64,000 bases of DNA from assembly GCA_016718655.1 (NCBI GenBank), contig JADKCV010000002.1, positions 87,803 to 151,802 of the forward strand, written 5' to 3'. Positions within the stretch are counted from its first letter, which is position 1, and each line of letters opens with the position of its first letter. The DNA is from Flavobacteriales bacterium (GTDB lineage: Bacteria > Bacteroidota > Bacteroidia > Flavobacteriales_F > PHOS-HE28). The position numbers and the translations under genes are program-made. Shown one piece after another: positions 17,373-28,850 of the stretch. The notes under the pieces are model-generated. The model searched no databases. It was not told the origin of the DNA and saw only the letters and a list, made by a program, of their open reading frames with translations.

Positions 17373-18395
17373 TCACTCTTTGTCCAGTTTGTACTTGCTC
17401 ACGTTCATCCCGAAGCTCAGGCCCTTGTTCTCCACCAGGTCCTCCAACTCGGTCAGGCTCTTCTTCCCGAAGTTGCGGAACTTCAAGAGGTCGTTCTTGT
17501 TGAAGGACACCAGGTCACCGAGGGTCTCGATGTCGGCGGCCTTCAAGCAGTTCAGGGCGCGCACGCTCAGGTCCATGTCGACCAACTTGGTCTTCAGGAG
17601 CTGGCGCATGTGCAGGCTGGTCTCATCGAACTCCTCGGAGTCGTTGCTGCCGCTGCTCATGCCGGTGCTGCGCTCCTCCACCTCCAGGCTGATGCGTTCA
17701 TCGCTGAACAACATGAAATGGTGGATGAGGATCTTGGCAGCTTCCTGCAGGGCGTTCTTGGGGGAGATGCTGCCGTCGGAGACCACCTCGATGGTGAGCT
17801 TCTCGTAATCGGTCTTCTCCTCCACACGGGTGTTCTCCACCGTGTACTTCACGTTCTTGATCGGCGTGAAGATGCTGTCGATGAAGATGGTACCGAAGGC
17901 TGCGCCTTCCACCTTGTTCTCGTCGGCAGGCACGTAACCACGGCCCTTGCCGATGATCAGTTCCACGTGCAGTTTCACGCTGGACTCCATGTGTGCGATC
18001 ACCAGTTCGGGGTTCAGCACCTGGAAACCGGTGGTGTGCTTTCCGATATCACCGGCGGTGAAGGTGTCCTTGCCGGTGATGGTGAAGGAGACCTTCTCGG
18101 TGCTCACATCATCCAACTGACGGCGGAAGCGCACCTGCTTCAGGTTGAGCACGATCTCGGTCATGTCCTCGATCACACCCTTGACGGTGCTGAACTCATG
18201 GTCCACACCATCGATACGGACCTGCGTGATGGCATGGCCTTCGAGGGAGGACAGGAGGATCCGGCGGAGCGCATTGCCGATGGTGATGCCGTAACCGGGC
18301 TCAAGCGGACGGAACTCGAAGGTGCCCCGCTTGTCGTCGGATTCGATCATCGTGACCTTGTCGGGCCGCTGGAATTCGAGAATGGGATTGGCATG
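17373..18395 (-). CDS. rpoA: DNA-directed RNA polymerase subunit alpha (N-terminal codons affected by a 1-nt indel)
   Basis: [28 protein letters not shown] and C-terminal domain. Conserved N-terminus [15 protein letters not shown] is encoded upstream of the ORF-track start, but the ATG (cat at 18393-18395) is out of frame by one base. Confidence 0.9.
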   Translation of the reverse strand, partial: HANPILEFQRPDKVTMIESDDKRGTFEFRPLEPGYGITIGNALRRILLSSLEGHAITQVRIDGVDHEFSTVKGVIEDMTEIVLNLKQVRFRRQLDDVSTEKVSFTITGKDTFTAGDIGKHTTGFQVLNPELVIAHMESSVKLHVELIIGKGRGYVPADENKVEGAAFGTIFIDSIFTPIKNVKYTVENTRVEEKTDYEKLTIEVVSDGSISPKNALQEAAKILIHHFMLFSDERISLEVEERSTGMSSGSNDSEEFDETSLHMRQLLKTKLVDMDLSVRALNCLKAADIETLGDLVSFNKNDLLKFRNFGKKSLTELEDLVENKGLSFGMNVSKYKLDKE

Positions 18396-18418
18396 GATCG
18401 TCGGCTGAGTTTAGGTTC

Positions 18419-19024
18419 TTACTTGGAGTACAATTCCACGATCAGCTGCTCGCGGATGTTCTCCGGGATCTGGGCGCGCTCGGGCATGGTGATGAACTTG
18501 CCGCTCATCTGCGTGGGGTTCCACTCCAACCAATCGAAACGCTTGCTATTCACCGAAACACTGTTGGTGATGGCCTCCAGCGAACGGCTCTTCTCACGAA
18601 CGGCCACCGATTGACCGGGACGGAGGGAGTAGCTCGGCACGTTCACCACGGAACCGTCCACGGTGATGTGGCCATGGCTCACCAGCTGACGTGCGGCACG
18701 TCGGGTAGGGGCCACGCCGAGGCGGAACACCGTGTTGTCCAACCGGGCCTCACAGAGTTGGAGCAGCACCTCACCGGTGATACCCCGCTTGCTGGATGCG
18801 GTATGGTACATCTTCTCGAACTGGCGCTCCAGCACACCATAGGTGTACTTCGCCTTCTGCTTTTCGCGCAACTGGACAGCGTATTCGCTTTCCTTCTTGC
18901 GGCGCTTGGTGGGGCCATGCTGACCGGGGGCATGGGGCTTGCGCTCCATCCATTTGTCCGGTCCGTAGATCGCTTCCTGGAACTTCCGTGCGATCCGGGT
19001 CTTGGGTCCTGTGTAACGTGCCAT
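18419..19024 (-). CDS. rpsD: 30S ribosomal protein S4
   Basis: [15 protein letters not shown]... Confidence 0.95.
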   Translation of the reverse strand: MARYTGPKTRIARKFQEAIYGPDKWMERKPHAPGQHGPTKRRKKESEYAVQLREKQKAKYTYGVLERQFEKMYHTASSKRGITGEVLLQLCEARLDNTVFRLGVAPTRRAARQLVSHGHITVDGSVVNVPSYSLRPGQSVAVREKSRSLEAITNSVSVNSKRFDWLEWNPTQMSGKFITMPERAQIPENIREQLIVELYSK

Positions 19025-19093
19025 TCTTCTTTTCTTTTGGGTACGGCATCCGTACCAACAACGGAGCGCGCGTCCACGCGCTCCTACGGGTTA

Positions 19094-19495
19094 TTAAACG
19101 CGGCGCTTCTTGGGTGGACGGCAGCCGTTGTGGGGCATCGGGGTGATATCGACGATCTCGGTCACCTCCACGCCGCTGTTGTGCAGGGCACGGATGGCGC
19201 TCTCGCGGCCCGAACCGGGGCCTTTCACGAACACCTTCACCTTGCGCAGGCCCAACTCGTGCGCCTCGCGTGCGGCCTCTTCGGCGCTCACCTGGCCAGC
19301 ATAGGGGGTGTTCTTCTTGCTGCCGCGGAAGCCTTGCTTGCCGGAGGAGGACCAGGAGATCACCTCTCCCTTGTTGTTGGTCAGCGAAACGATGAGGTTG
19401 TTGAACGTGGCACGGATGTGGGCCTGACCGTAGGCCTCCACCACCACGTTCTTCTTCTTCTTCTTGCCGCCTCCTTTCTGATCTTGCTTTGCCAT
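19094..19495 (-). CDS. rpsK: 30S ribosomal protein S11
   Basis: ...[28 protein letters not shown]. Confidence 0.95.
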   Translation of the reverse strand: MAKQDQKGGGKKKKKNVVVEAYGQAHIRATFNNLIVSLTNNKGEVISWSSSGKQGFRGSKKNTPYAGQVSAEEAAREAHELGLRKVKVFVKGPGSGRESAIRALHNSGVEVTEIVDITPMPHNGCRPPKKRRV

Positions 19496-19507
19496 CTTGG
19501 TCAGGGC

Positions 19508-19885
19508 TTACTTGGTCGCCTTCTTCTTGTTGGCCACCGTCTTCCGCTTGCCCTTGCGGGTGCGGCTATTGGTGCGCGTGCGCTGTCCACGGACCGGCAG
19601 ACCAGCACGGTGGCGTAGGCCACGGTAGCTGCCGATGTCCATCAAACGCTTGATGCTCAACTGCACTTCGCTGCGCAGTGCACCTTCGGTCTTGATCTGT
19701 TCGTTGATGTGCTGGCGTATCCGCGCCTGCTCATCATCGGTCCAGTCCTCCACCTTGGTATCGGGGTCCACTTCCACAGCCTCCAGGATCTCCAGGGCGG
19801 TGCTGCGGCCGATGCCGTAGATGTACGTGAGGCCAATGCAGCCCCTCTTGCTTTTGGGTAGGTCGATGCCTGCGATACGTGCCAT
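19508..19885 (-). CDS. rpsM: 30S ribosomal protein S13
   Basis: [26 protein letters not shown]. Confidence 0.95.
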   Translation of the reverse strand: MARIAGIDLPKSKRGCIGLTYIYGIGRSTALEILEAVEVDPDTKVEDWTDDEQARIRQHINEQIKTEGALRSEVQLSIKRLMDIGSYRGLRHRAGLPVRGQRTRTNSRTRKGKRKTVANKKKATK

Positions 19886-19898
19886 GCTCGTTCGTTTA

Positions 19899-20015
19899 TC
19901 AGCCCTGACGCTGCTTGAACTTCGGGTTCTTCTTGTTGATGATGTACAAACGCCCTTTGCGACGGACGATCTTGCAGTCCGCTGAGCGTGGTTTGAGGGA
20001 GGCCCTGACCTTCAT
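19899..20015 (-). CDS. rpmJ: 50S ribosomal protein L36
   Basis: Reverse-complement translation [38 protein letters not shown]. Not in the ORF track because it is under 60 aa. Confidence 0.9.
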   Translation of the reverse strand: MKVRASLKPRSADCKIVRRKGRLYIINKKNPKFKQRQG

Positions 20016-20029
20016 GGTTTCCTGGGTTC

Positions 20030-20251
20030 TTAGCTTTTGTATCGGAAGGTGATGCGTCCTTTGCTCAGGTCGTACGGGCTCATCTCCACCTTCACCTTGT
20101 CACCTGGCAGGATCCGGATGTAGTGCATCCGCATCTTACCCGAGATGTGGGCAACGATCACGTGACCGTTCTCCAGCTCAACGCGGAACATGGCATTGCT
20201 GAGCGCCTCTTTGATGACGCCATCCTGCTCTATGGTCCCCGTTTTGCTCAT
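20030..20251 (-). CDS. infA: translation initiation factor IF-1
   Basis: [30 protein letters not shown]... Confidence 0.95.
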   Translation of the reverse strand: MSKTGTIEQDGVIKEALSNAMFRVELENGHVIVAHISGKMRMHYIRILPGDKVKVEMSPYDLSKGRITFRYKS

Positions 20252-20285
20252 GCCTGCCGTTTCCTGTTCTGTTCGTTCGACCTTC

Positions 20286-21116
20286 CTATCCGTTCATGGA
20301 GCGTATCGCGCTCCCCTTGTCCAATAGCATTCCCGTTGCCTTCAGCACATCCTCGATGTAGCTGAACGTGGAAAGGACCTCTGTTCTACCGGGGCGAACC
20401 GCCACGTTATGCTCGAAATGGGCGCTGGGTTTGCCGTCGCGTGTCACCACGGTCCAGCCATCACCCATCTGCTTCACCTCCTTCACCCCCATGTTGATCA
20501 TGGGTTCGATGGCGAGCACCATGCCGGTGCTGAGCTTGGCGCCGTGCCCGCGTCGTCCGTAGTTCGGTACTTCGGGTGGCTCGTGAAGCTTGCGCCCCAC
20601 ACCGTGCCCGACCAGTTCACGTACTACGCCGTATCCGTGGGCTTCGGCATGCTGCTGGATCGCGTGTCCGATATCTCCCGTGCGGTTGTTCTCCACCGCT
20701 TGGGCCATGCCTTTGTCCAGGCACTCGAGCGTGACACGCAGCAACTGCTTCACCGGCTCGGCCACTTCGCCCACCATGAAGGTGTATGCACTGTCGCCGT
20801 AGAAACCGTTCATCAGCACGCCGCAATCCACGCTGGCCACATCACCCTCCTTCAACACGCGCTTACCAGGCAGGCCATGGACCACTTCCTCGTTCACGCT
20901 GATCAGCAAGGTGCTGGGGCACCCATACAAGCCTTTGAAGCCGGGCACACCGCCACTGTCCCTGATGAACGTTTCCGCCATCTCGTCCAGCGCTCCCGTG
21001 GTCACCCCCGGTGCGATATGCCTTGCCACTTCGGCCAAGGTCCTTCCAACAAGCAAAGAACTCTCCTTCAACAACGCGATGTCGTCATCGCTGAGATGGT
21101 CCACGGTGCGACCCAT
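20286..21116 (-). CDS. map: type I methionine aminopeptidase
   Basis: MetAP metal-binding residues and fold. Position between secY and infA. Confidence 0.9.
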   Translation of the reverse strand: MGRTVDHLSDDDIALLKESSLLVGRTLAEVARHIAPGVTTGALDEMAETFIRDSGGVPGFKGLYGCPSTLLISVNEEVVHGLPGKRVLKEGDVASVDCGVLMNGFYGDSAYTFMVGEVAEPVKQLLRVTLECLDKGMAQAVENNRTGDIGHAIQQHAEAHGYGVVRELVGHGVGRKLHEPPEVPNYGRRGHGAKLSTGMVLAIEPMINMGVKEVKQMGDGWTVVTRDGKPSAHFEHNVAVRPGRTEVLSTFSYIEDVLKATGMLLDKGSAIRSMNG

Positions 21117-21119
21117 GTC

Positions 21120-22445
21120 CTATCCAGCCATGCCGTACGCCGCTCCTGCACTACGCCCCTTGATCCGTCCTGACTTCATCAATCCGTCGTAATGACGCAT
21201 CAAGAGATGACTTTCGATCTGCTGCAGCGTGTCCAACAACACACCCACCATGATCAACAACGATGTACCTCCGAAGAACTGGGCGAAGCCCTGTTTGATC
21301 CCCATCATGCCGGCAAAGGCGGGCAGGATCGCCACGATCCCCAGGAAGATGGCCCCGGGCAACGTGATGCGCGACAGGAGATCATCGATGTGACCAGCGG
21401 TCTGCTTGCCGGGCTTCACACCAGGGATGAACCCACCGTTGCGCTTCATGTCATCGGCCAACTGGTTCGGATTGACCGTGATGGCCGTATAGAAGTACGT
21501 GAAGGCCACCACCATCAGGAACAACGTGAAGTTGTAGAAGAAGCCCTGGCTGTTGGCGATGCTCACCAACCAGGTGGGTGGTTCATCGAACGCCTGCGCC
21601 AAGTACATCGGCACGAGCACGATGGCCTGAGCGAAGATGATCGGCATCACACCCGCAGCATTCACCTTCAGCGGGATGTAGTTACGCACGCCTCCATACT
21701 GCTTGTTGCCCTGCACACGCTTGGCGAACTGCACCGGTATGCGTCGTGTACCCTGCACCAGCAGGATGCATCCTGCTATGATGAGCACCCACAGGACCAC
21801 CTCGACCAGCAGCAGCACGAGGCCACCGCCACCAGGTCCCATGCGACCCACCACCTCCTGTGCGAAGGCTTGCGGGAGTTGCGCGAGGATACCGATCATG
21901 ATGATCAGCGAGATCCCATTGCCCAGGCCGCGTTCGGTGATGCGTTCACCCAACCACATCACGAAGAGCGTGGACGCGGTGAGGATCACGATGCTCGTGA
22001 AGAGCCAGAACTGGCTGTCCGGGCGAGCCTCCGGTTCGATCGTGGCATAGATGTAACCCGGCGCCTGGAACACACAGATCAGGATGGTGAGGTAGCGGGT
22101 GTACTGGTTGATCTTGCGGCGACCGCTCTCCTCCTTCTGCATCTTCTGTACGGCCGGGACCGCGATACCGGCCAGCTGCATGATGATGGAGGCCGAGATG
22201 TAGGGCATGATGCCCAAAGCGAAGATCGATGCACGGGTGAAGGCCCCACCGGTGAAGATCGAAAGGATCTCCACGATACCGCCTCCGCCGGTTGCATTGG
22301 CCGCCATCTGCGCACTGTCAACACCGGGCAGTACGATGAAGCTGCCGATGCGGTACACCAGCAACAGACCCAGCGTGATGAGGATGCGGTTACGCAGTTC
22401 CTCGATCCGCCAGATGTTCTTGACCGTGTCGATCAGGTTCTTCAT
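21120..22445 (-). CDS. secY: preprotein translocase SecY
   Basis: [32 protein letters not shown]... with 10 TM segments. ORF-track entry 21120..22832 is an N-terminally over-extended read-through. ATG overlaps the rplO stop (ATGA). Confidence 0.9.
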   Translation of the reverse strand: MKNLIDTVKNIWRIEELRNRILITLGLLLVYRIGSFIVLPGVDSAQMAANATGGGGIVEILSIFTGGAFTRASIFALGIMPYISASIIMQLAGIAVPAVQKMQKEESGRRKINQYTRYLTILICVFQAPGYIYATIEPEARPDSQFWLFTSIVILTASTLFVMWLGERITERGLGNGISLIIMIGILAQLPQAFAQEVVGRMGPGGGGLVLLLVEVVLWVLIIAGCILLVQGTRRIPVQFAKRVQGNKQYGGVRNYIPLKVNAAGVMPIIFAQAIVLVPMYLAQAFDEPPTWLVSIANSQGFFYNFTLFLMVVAFTYFYTAITVNPNQLADDMKRNGGFIPGVKPGKQTAGHIDDLLSRITLPGAIFLGIVAILPAFAGMMGIKQGFAQFFGGTSLLIMVGVLLDTLQQIESHLLMRHYDGLMKSGRIKGRSAGAAYGMAG

Positions 22446-22911
22446 GCCTTCTCTTGTACGCTGGCGATGGTCGTAGCGGAACCGCCTTTGGCCTCGATGG
22501 CCGCTTTGGCGGTGGCGCTGAACGCATGCGCGGTGACGTTGATCGCTCCTTTCAATTCGCCACGGCCAAGCACCTTCAGCTTGTCGTTCTTCGCGATCAG
22601 GCCGTTGGCGTACAGCACCTCGGGATCGATGGCCTTCAGGCCCTGCGCTTCTCGGCAAGGGCCTGGATGGCGTCCAGGTTGATCCCCTTGTACTCCACCC
22701 GGGTGGGGTTGGTGAAGCCGAACTTGGGAAGGCGACGCACCAAGGGCATCTGTCCGCCTTCGAAACCACGTTTGTGGTTGTAGCCGGCCTGTGCCTTCTG
22801 GCCCTTGTGGCCCTTGGTGGAGGTACCACCACGACCGCTGCCTTGGCCGCGACCGATGCGTTTCTCCTTCTTGGTGGCCCCTTCGGCCGGTTTCAATTTA
22901 CTCAGGTCCAT
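22443..22911 (-). CDS. rplO: 50S ribosomal protein L15 (apparent frameshift near 22636-22650)
   Basis: N-terminus [29 protein letters not shown] in ORF 22636..22911. C-terminal half ([54 protein letters not shown]...) continues in another frame down to a TGA overlapping the secY ATG. Confidence 0.85.
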
Positions 22912-23414
22912 TTCTTCGCTCTCACACCACGCTGGCGTGACACCTGGTTGGCATCGCGCAGGTTGACCAGTGCCTCGATCGTGGCCTTCACCACGTTGTG
23001 CGGGTTACTGCTACCCTTGCTCTTGGCCAACACATCGGTGATCCCCACGCTCTCCAGCACAGCGCGCATGGCACCACCGGCGATCACACCGGTTCCATGT
23101 GCAGCGGGTTTCAGGAACACCTGAGCACCGGCGAACTTGCCTTCCTGCGAGTGGGGGATCGTACCCTTCAGCACAGGGACCTTCACCAGGTTCTTCTTGG
23201 CATCATCGATGCCCTTGGCAATGGCCTCCTGCACTTCCTTGGCCTTGCCCAGGCCATGGCCCACCACACCGTTCTCGTTCCCCACCACCACGATGGCGGC
23301 GAAGGTGAAGGTGCGACCTCCCTTGGTCACTTTGGTCACGCGGTTCAACGCCACGAGCTTATCCTTCAGCTCGAGATCGCTGCTCTTGACCTTCTTCGTG
23401 TTCGTCTCAGACAT
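22902..23414 (-). CDS. rpsE: 30S ribosomal protein S5
   Basis: ...[36 protein letters not shown]. Start taken at MSETNTKK (23414). The ORF-track start at 23450 would overlap rplR. Confidence 0.9.
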   Translation of the reverse strand: MSETNTKKVKSSDLELKDKLVALNRVTKVTKGGRTFTFAAIVVVGNENGVVGHGLGKAKEVQEAIAKGIDDAKKNLVKVPVLKGTIPHSQEGKFAGAQVFLKPAAHGTGVIAGGAMRAVLESVGITDVLAKSKGSSNPHNVVKATIEALVNLRDANQVSRQRGVRAKKWT

Positions 23415-23427
23415 GTGTTCGGTGTGA

Positions 23428-23781
23428 TCAGAAATTGAGGCCGGCTTCACGGGCGGCTTCGGCCAGGGCTTTCACCCGGCCATGGTACAGGTAACCATTG
23501 CGGTCGAACACCACCAGCTCGATGCCCGCGGCCTTCGCCTTCTCGGCGATGGCACGACCCACCTGCTTGGCCTGTTCCAACTTTGGAACACCATTGGCCT
23601 TCTTGTCCTTCAGCGATGAGACGCTCACCAGCGTGCGGCCAGCCTCGTCATCAATGATCTGGGCATACATGCCCGTGTTGCTGCGGTAGACTGAAAGACG
23701 GGGGCGCTCAGGCGTGCCGTGCACGTTCTTGCGTACCCGTTGCTTGATCTTCAGTCGGCGTGCGATCCTATCGAATGCCAT
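23428..23781 (-). CDS. rplR: 50S ribosomal protein L18
   Basis: L18 family sequence. Operon position. Confidence 0.9.
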   Translation of the reverse strand: MAFDRIARRLKIKQRVRKNVHGTPERPRLSVYRSNTGMYAQIIDDEAGRTLVSVSSLKDKKANGVPKLEQAKQVGRAIAEKAKAAGIELVVFDRNGYLYHGRVKALAEAAREAGLNF

Positions 23782-23790
23782 GGTCGTTGC

Positions 23791-24345
23791 TTATTTACCG
23801 GCTGCTTTACCTGCCTTACGACGCACCTCCTCACCCACGAAGCGAACACCCTTGCCTTTGTAAGGCTCAGGCTTGCGCAACGAGCGCAACTTGGCGGCCA
23901 CTTGACCGATCAGTTGTTTGTCCGCCGATTCCAGGCGAACGATGGGGTTCTTTCCTTTTTCCTGAGCAGCGCTCACCTTGATCTGGGCGGGAAGCTCCAA
24001 GGTCACAGTGTGCGAGAAGCCGAGCGCCAATTGAAGTTGCTGGCCCTTCGCGGTGGCGCGGTAACCCACGCCGACCAACTCCTGCTCGATGACGAAGCCT
24101 TCGCTCACACCCTTCACCATGTTGGCGATGAGTGAACGGTAGAGGCCGTGCTTGGCGCGGTGCGGCTTGGCATCACTTGGGCGTTCCAAGCTCACCACTC
24201 CGGCATCCTGTTTCACGGTCATGTCCGGGTCGACCGGCTGGACCAAGGTCCCCTTGGGGCCCTTCACGGTCACCAGGTTCTTGTCGCTGATGGTGATCTC
24301 CACCCCTTTGGGCAGACTGATCGGTGCTTTTCCTATGCGTGACAT
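23791..24345 (-). CDS. rplF: 50S ribosomal protein L6
   Basis: MSRIGKAPISLPKGVEITISDKNLVTVKGPKG. Confidence 0.95.
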   Translation of the reverse strand: MSRIGKAPISLPKGVEITISDKNLVTVKGPKGTLVQPVDPDMTVKQDAGVVSLERPSDAKPHRAKHGLYRSLIANMVKGVSEGFVIEQELVGVGYRATAKGQQLQLALGFSHTVTLELPAQIKVSAAQEKGKNPIVRLESADKQLIGQVAAKLRSLRKPEPYKGKGVRFVGEEVRRKAGKAAGK

Positions 24346-24356
24346 GGTCCTGGGGC

Positions 24357-24755
24357 TTAGCTCACATAGCACAATACCTCACCTCCCACGTTCAGCGTGC
24401 GGGCCTCCTTGTCGGTGACCACACCCTTGCTGGTGGAGATGATGGCCACGCCAAGGCCGTTGAGCACGCGGGGCAGATCCTCCACATGGGCGTATTTGCG
24501 CAGGCCCGGCGAGCTCACACGCACCAACTCCTTGATCGCGCTCTGACGGGTTTGCGTGTTGTACTTCAAGGCGATCTTGATCAGGCCTTGCTTGCCGTCG
24601 TCCTCGGATTTCCAGGACAGGATGTAGCCCTTGTCGTACAGGATGCGCGTGATGTCCTTCTTCAGGTTGCTCGCGGGCACCTCCACGACCTTCTTGCGCG
24701 CCTGGATGGCGTTGCGCAAGCGGGTCAGGTAATCGGCTATGGGATCGGTCGTCAT
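24357..24755 (-). CDS. rpsH: 30S ribosomal protein S8
   Basis: [29 protein letters not shown]. Confidence 0.95.
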   Translation of the reverse strand: MTTDPIADYLTRLRNAIQARKKVVEVPASNLKKDITRILYDKGYILSWKSEDDGKQGLIKIALKYNTQTRQSAIKELVRVSSPGLRKYAHVEDLPRVLNGLGVAIISTSKGVVTDKEARTLNVGGEVLCYVS

Positions 24756-24772
24756 GGTCGTATCGTCGTTAC

Positions 24773-25042
24773 TTACCAGCTGCTCTTGGTCACACCAGGG
24801 ATCTTACCCTCCAGCGCCATCAAGCGGAACACGTTGCGAGAGATGCCGAAGATGCGCATGTAGCCGCGGGGGCGACCCGTGAGCTGACAGCGGTTGTGCT
24901 TGCGCACATAGCTGCTGTTGGCGGGGAGCTTCTGCAGCCCTTCCCAATCGCCAGCGGCTTTCAGGGTAGCACGCTTGGCAGCGTACTTCTCCACCATCTT
25001 GGCACGTTTGCGCTCACGCGCTTTCATGGATTCCTTGGCCAT
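24773..25042 (-). CDS. rpsN: 30S ribosomal protein S14
   Basis: 89 aa. ...[34 protein letters not shown]. Confidence 0.9.
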   Translation of the reverse strand: MAKESMKARERKRAKMVEKYAAKRATLKAAGDWEGLQKLPANSSYVRKHNRCQLTGRPRGYMRIFGISRNVFRLMALEGKIPGVTKSSW

Positions 25043-25062
25043 GGTAACTTCTGGTCTGGTCG

Positions 25063-25617
25063 TTATTTCTTGTCTGAGAACGGGAAGCCGAAGGCGGTGA
25101 GCAAGGCTTTCGCCTCAGCATCCGTCCTGGCCGTGGTCACGAAGGTGATGTCCATCCCTTGGAGCTTCGTCACCTTGTCGATGTCGATCTCCGGGAAGAT
25201 GATCTGCTCCTTCACACCGAAGGTGAAGTTCCCGCGGCCATCGAAGCCGGCGGCTTTCACCCCGCGGAAGTCACGTGTCCGGGGCAGCGAAACGGCGATC
25301 AGCCGATCCAGGAATTCGAACATGCGATCGCTGCGCAACGTCACGCGCGCTCCGATGGGCATGCCCTTCCTGAGCTTGAAGTTGCTGATGTCCTTCTTGG
25401 AGACGGTGGGGACCGCTTTCTGGCCGGCGATGGCGGACATCTCCGTCACGGCATTCTCCACCACCTTCTTATCGCCCACCGCGCTTCCGAGGCCTTGGTT
25501 CAGGCTGATCTTCAACAGGCGGGGAACCTCCATGGGACTGCTGTAGCCGAACTCCTTCTGGAGCGCGGGCACCACCTCATTGTGGTATTTGGCACGAAGC
25601 CTTGGTACGTAGCTCAT
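25063..25617 (-). CDS. rplE: 50S ribosomal protein L5
   Basis: L5 family sequence. Operon position. Confidence 0.95.
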   Translation of the reverse strand: MSYVPRLRAKYHNEVVPALQKEFGYSSPMEVPRLLKISLNQGLGSAVGDKKVVENAVTEMSAIAGQKAVPTVSKKDISNFKLRKGMPIGARVTLRSDRMFEFLDRLIAVSLPRTRDFRGVKAAGFDGRGNFTFGVKEQIIFPEIDIDKVTKLQGMDITFVTTARTDAEAKALLTAFGFPFSDKK

Positions 25618-25940
25618 TACTTGGCAGCCGTTTTCTTGGTCTTCACAACACGCTCCAGACGACCCTCCTTGCCCACTGTACGACCCACACGGCCCGGCGT
25701 TCCGGTCTTCGCGTCGATCAGCATCAGGTTGCTGACATGGATGGGGCCCTCCTTCTCCACGATACCACCCTGTGGGTTGGCCGTGGTGGGCTTGCTATGC
25801 TTCTTGTTGATGTTGAGGCCTTCCACGATCGCGACCATCCGGTCACGGTCCACCTCGAGCACACGCCCCTGCTTGGAGCGGTCCTCGCCGGCGAGCACTT
25901 TCACCATGTCGCCCTTCTTGATGTGCGTCTTCTTCTGCAT
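25617..25940 (-). CDS. rplX: 50S ribosomal protein L24
   Basis: [25 protein letters not shown] (KOW motif). Start probably MQKK (25940) rather than 25952. Confidence 0.9.
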   Translation of the reverse strand: MQKKTHIKKGDMVKVLAGEDRSKQGRVLEVDRDRMVAIVEGLNINKKHSKPTTANPQGGIVEKEGPIHVSNLMLIDAKTGTPGRVGRTVGKEGRLERVVKTKKTAAK

Positions 25941-25951
25941 GATCGTCGGCA

Positions 25952-26320
25952 TTAGAGCACCTCGGGTGCCAGGGAGATGATCTTCATGAACTTCTTCTCG
26001 CGCAACTCCTTGGCAACGGGTCCGAAGATGCGGGTACCCTTCATCTCGCCAGCGGCATCCAGGATCACCACCGCGTTATCGTCGAAGCGGATATAACTGC
26101 CGTCCTTGCGACGGGTCTCCTTCTTGGTGCGCACCACCACGGCCTTGTGGACCGTGCCCTTCTTGGCACTTCCGTTCGGCATGGCGTCCTTCACCGTGAC
26201 CACGATCGTATCTCCGATGCGGGCATAACGACGGGCGGTCCCGCCCAGCACCCGGATGCAAAGCACCTCCTTGGCGCCACTGTTGTCGGCCACATTGAGC
26301 CGGGATTCCTGTTGGATCAT
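25952..26320 (-). CDS. rplN: 50S ribosomal protein L14
   Basis: [27 protein letters not shown]. Confidence 0.95.
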   Translation of the reverse strand: MIQQESRLNVADNSGAKEVLCIRVLGGTARRYARIGDTIVVTVKDAMPNGSAKKGTVHKAVVVRTKKETRRKDGSYIRFDDNAVVILDAAGEMKGTRIFGPVAKELREKKFMKIISLAPEVL

Positions 26321-26332
26321 CGCTCTGTCTGA

Positions 26333-26609
26333 TTACTTGGCACGTTCCACCACTTCCACCACACGCCAGCGTTTCTGCTTGCTCAACGGACGGGTCTCGC
26401 TGATGCGGACCGTGTCGCCGATGTGGGCTTCCTCCTTTCTCATCGTGCGCCATGAACTTGCTGGACATCTTCACGAACTTCCCGTACTTCGGGTGCATCA
26501 CGCGGCGCTCCACCAGGACCACCACGCTCTTGTTCATCTTGTCGCTGGTCACGATGCCCACGCGCTCCTTGCGCAGGTTACGTTCCACCGGGGTCGCATT
26601 GGTGCTCAT
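26333..26609 (-). CDS. rpsQ: 30S ribosomal protein S17 (apparent +1 frameshift near 26430-26440)
   Basis: N-terminus [50 protein letters not shown] in frame. Conserved C-terminus [33 protein letters not shown] only in the adjacent frame down to a TAA stop at 26333. Confidence 0.85.
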
Positions 26610-26818
26610 TTGCTGGTCGTATTGGCGAGCTCGCGCTTGCGGAGCTCAGTGAGGATGCGGGCCACGTCCTTACGCTTGGCACGCAATTGCATCGGGCTTT
26701 CGATCGGGCTCACCGTATGGTTGAAGCGCAGCTTGGTCAACGCCGAGCGCTCTTCCTGAAGCTTATCGTTCAGCTCCACCACCGAGAGGTCCTTCAATTC
26801 CAATCCTTTCTTTTTCAT
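26606..26818 (-). CDS. rpmC: 50S ribosomal protein L29
   Basis: [37 protein letters not shown] at 26816-26818. Confidence 0.9.
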   Translation of the reverse strand: MKKKGLELKDLSVVELNDKLQEERSALTKLRFNHTVSPIESPMQLRAKRKDVARILTELRKRELANTTSK

Positions 26819-26827
26819 GGCTCCAAT

Positions 26828-27248
26828 TATTGGCCGTCGTAGTCCTCGCGGGTCACGAACTTGGTCTTGATCGGCAGTTTCTGTGCAGCCAGGCGCAGTG
26901 CTTCCTCGCCGTTGCGGTGGGTACACCATCCACTTCGAAGATGATGCGGCCTGCATGGCACACGGCCACCCAATGGTCCAGCGAACCCTTACCCTTACCC
27001 ATACGCACCTCTGCAGGCTTGCTGGTCACGGGCTTGTCCGGGAACACCTTGATCCACACCTGACCTTCACGCTTCATGAAGCGGGTGAGGGCGATACGGG
27101 CCGCCTCGATCTGGCGACCGGTGAGCCACACGCTGTCCATCGCCTTGAGGCCGAAGGAACCCAACGTTACTCGATGTCCGCGCTGGGCCTGCCCTTTCAT
27201 GCGGCCCTTGTGCATATTGCGGCGCTTGCTACGCTTCGGTTGCAACAT
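26828..27248 (-). CDS. rplP: 50S ribosomal protein L16 (apparent frameshift near 26915-26925)
   Basis: [27 protein letters not shown]... in frame. Conserved C-terminus [28 protein letters not shown] only in another frame ending at a TAA stop at 26828. Confidence 0.85.
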
Positions 27249-27253
27249 GGCTC

Positions 27254-28117
27254 TTAGTTGTTACTGCGGTTTCCTCCACGATTACCACCTCCTCCACCAC
27301 GGCGATCCCCTCCGGGGCCTCCGGGACCACGACGGTCACCGCCTGGGCCACCTGGGCCACGACGCTCGCCACGATCACCTCCAGGGCCACGACGGTCATT
27401 GCCGCCACGACGCTCCGGACGATCGCCAGGACCACGTCCACCAGGACCGCCCTGACCCTTCACCTGTCCCTGGTTCGGGCTCAGGTCCTTCTTGCCATAC
27501 ACTTCACCGCGCATGATCCAGCACTTGATGCCGATGCGTCCCATCTTGGTGTGTGCCTCGGTGATGGCGAAGTCGATATCGGCGCGCAGGGTGTGCAGTG
27601 GCACGCGTCCTTCGCGATAGCTTTCCGTACGTGCGATCTCGGCACCGTTCAAGCGACCGCTGACGGTCAACTTGATCCCTTCAGCACCCATGCGCATGCT
27701 GCTGGCCACGGCCATCTTCATGGCTCGGCGGAAGCTGATACGACCTTCCAACTGACGGGCGATGCTGTCAGCCACGAGGCGGGCGTCCAACTCGGGCCGC
27801 TTGATCTCGAAGATGTTGATCTGAACGTCCTTGCCGGTGAGCTTCTTCAGCTCCTCGCGCAGCTTGTCGACCTCGGCGCCACCTTTACCGATGATCACAC
27901 CGGGGCGTGCGGTATTGATGGTCACGGTCACCAGCTTCAGGGTGCGCTCGATGATGATCCGGCTCACGCTCGCCTTCTTCAGGCGGGCCATCAGGTACTG
28001 ACGGATCTGCTCGTCCTCCACCAGTTTGTCGGTGTAGTCATTACCGCCGTACCAGTTGCTGTCCCAGCCCTTGATGAAGCCAAGGCGGTAACCGATCGGA
28101 TGTACTTTCTGTCCCAT
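27254..28117 (-). CDS. rpsC: 30S ribosomal protein S3 with long C-terminal Gly/Arg/Pro-rich repeat extension
   Basis: [23 protein letters not shown] plus KH domain. Tail contains ~3.5 tandem units of [10 protein letters not shown]. Confidence 0.9.
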   Translation of the reverse strand: MGQKVHPIGYRLGFIKGWDSNWYGGNDYTDKLVEDEQIRQYLMARLKKASVSRIIIERTLKLVTVTINTARPGVIIGKGGAEVDKLREELKKLTGKDVQINIFEIKRPELDARLVADSIARQLEGRISFRRAMKMAVASSMRMGAEGIKLTVSGRLNGAEIARTESYREGRVPLHTLRADIDFAITEAHTKMGRIGIKCWIMRGEVYGKKDLSPNQGQVKGQGGPGGRGPGDRPERRGGNDRRGPGGDRGERRGPGGPGGDRRGPGGPGGDRRGGGGGNRGGNRSNN

Positions 28118-28135
28118 GGTAGTGTCTCTCGGCTC

Positions 28136-28531
28136 TTAGTTGGCGGTATCGACGATCAGGCTCACGTGGTTGCTGCGCTTCTTCATGCGGTAAGCACGGC
28201 CCTGTGGAGCGGGAAGCATACGCTTCAGACCACGCGCCTCGTTCACCTGCACGCTTTTCACGATCAGGCCGGCCTCGTCGGCCTTGCGACCCTCGTTCTT
28301 GGCCTCCCAGTTCGCGATCGCACTGCGCAACAGCTTGTACAGCGGCTCGCTGGCGTGACGTGTACTGAACTCCAGGATGCCCAAGGCCTTGTCAACGCCC
28401 AGACCACGGATGTTGTCGGCCACCTGGCGCATGCGGCGCGGTGAGGTGGGCACATTGCGGAGCTGTGCGATGGCCACGGTCTTCATGGCCTCCTTACGCG
28501 CATCGGCTGCTAGTTTCTTACGGGCTCCCAT
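28136..28531 (-). CDS. rplV: 50S ribosomal protein L22
   Basis: L22 family sequence. Operon position. Confidence 0.9.
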   Translation of the reverse strand: MGARKKLAADARKEAMKTVAIAQLRNVPTSPRRMRQVADNIRGLGVDKALGILEFSTRHASEPLYKLLRSAIANWEAKNEGRKADEAGLIVKSVQVNEARGLKRMLPAPQGRAYRMKKRSNHVSLIVDTAN

Positions 28532-28539
28532 GGTGCTGC

Positions 28540-28809
28540 TTAGTTCTTCTTGTTACCAGAGTGACCGCGGTAGGTGCGGGTGGGCGCGAACTCGCCCAGC
28601 TTGTGGCCCACCATGTTCTCGGTCACGTAGACCGGGATGAACTTGTTGCCATTGTGTACGGCGATCGTCAGGCCTACGAACTCGGGGCTGATGGTGGAGG
28701 CACGTGACCAGGTCTTGATCACGGTCTTCTTGCCCGAGGTCTGGGCCTCATCCACACGCTTCGAAAGCTTGTAGTGGATGAACGGCGGTTTCTTGAGTGA
28801 ACGGCTCAT
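28540..28809 (-). CDS. rpsS: 30S ribosomal protein S19
   Basis: [19 protein letters not shown]... Confidence 0.95.
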   Translation of the reverse strand: MSRSLKKPPFIHYKLSKRVDEAQTSGKKTVIKTWSRASTISPEFVGLTIAVHNGNKFIPVYVTENMVGHKLGEFAPTRTYRGHSGNKKN

Positions 28810-28850
28810 TGGTTCTTCAGTTGGGACCGGCGTACACCGGTCCGGCTAGG

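Noticed and set aside
16810-19618. Plus-strand ORFs 16810..17808, 17610..18614, 18611..19618
   Set aside because: Antisense to rplQ, rpoA, rpsD and rpsK. Shadow ORFs.
21192-22682. 496-aa plus-strand ORF
   Set aside because: Antisense to secY, whose membrane-protein evidence is unambiguous. High-GC shadow ORF.
21120-22832. 570-aa ORF-track version of secY
   Set aside because: The N-terminal 129 aa are a read-through of the rplO 3' region in another frame. Real SecY starts at MKNLIDTV (22445).
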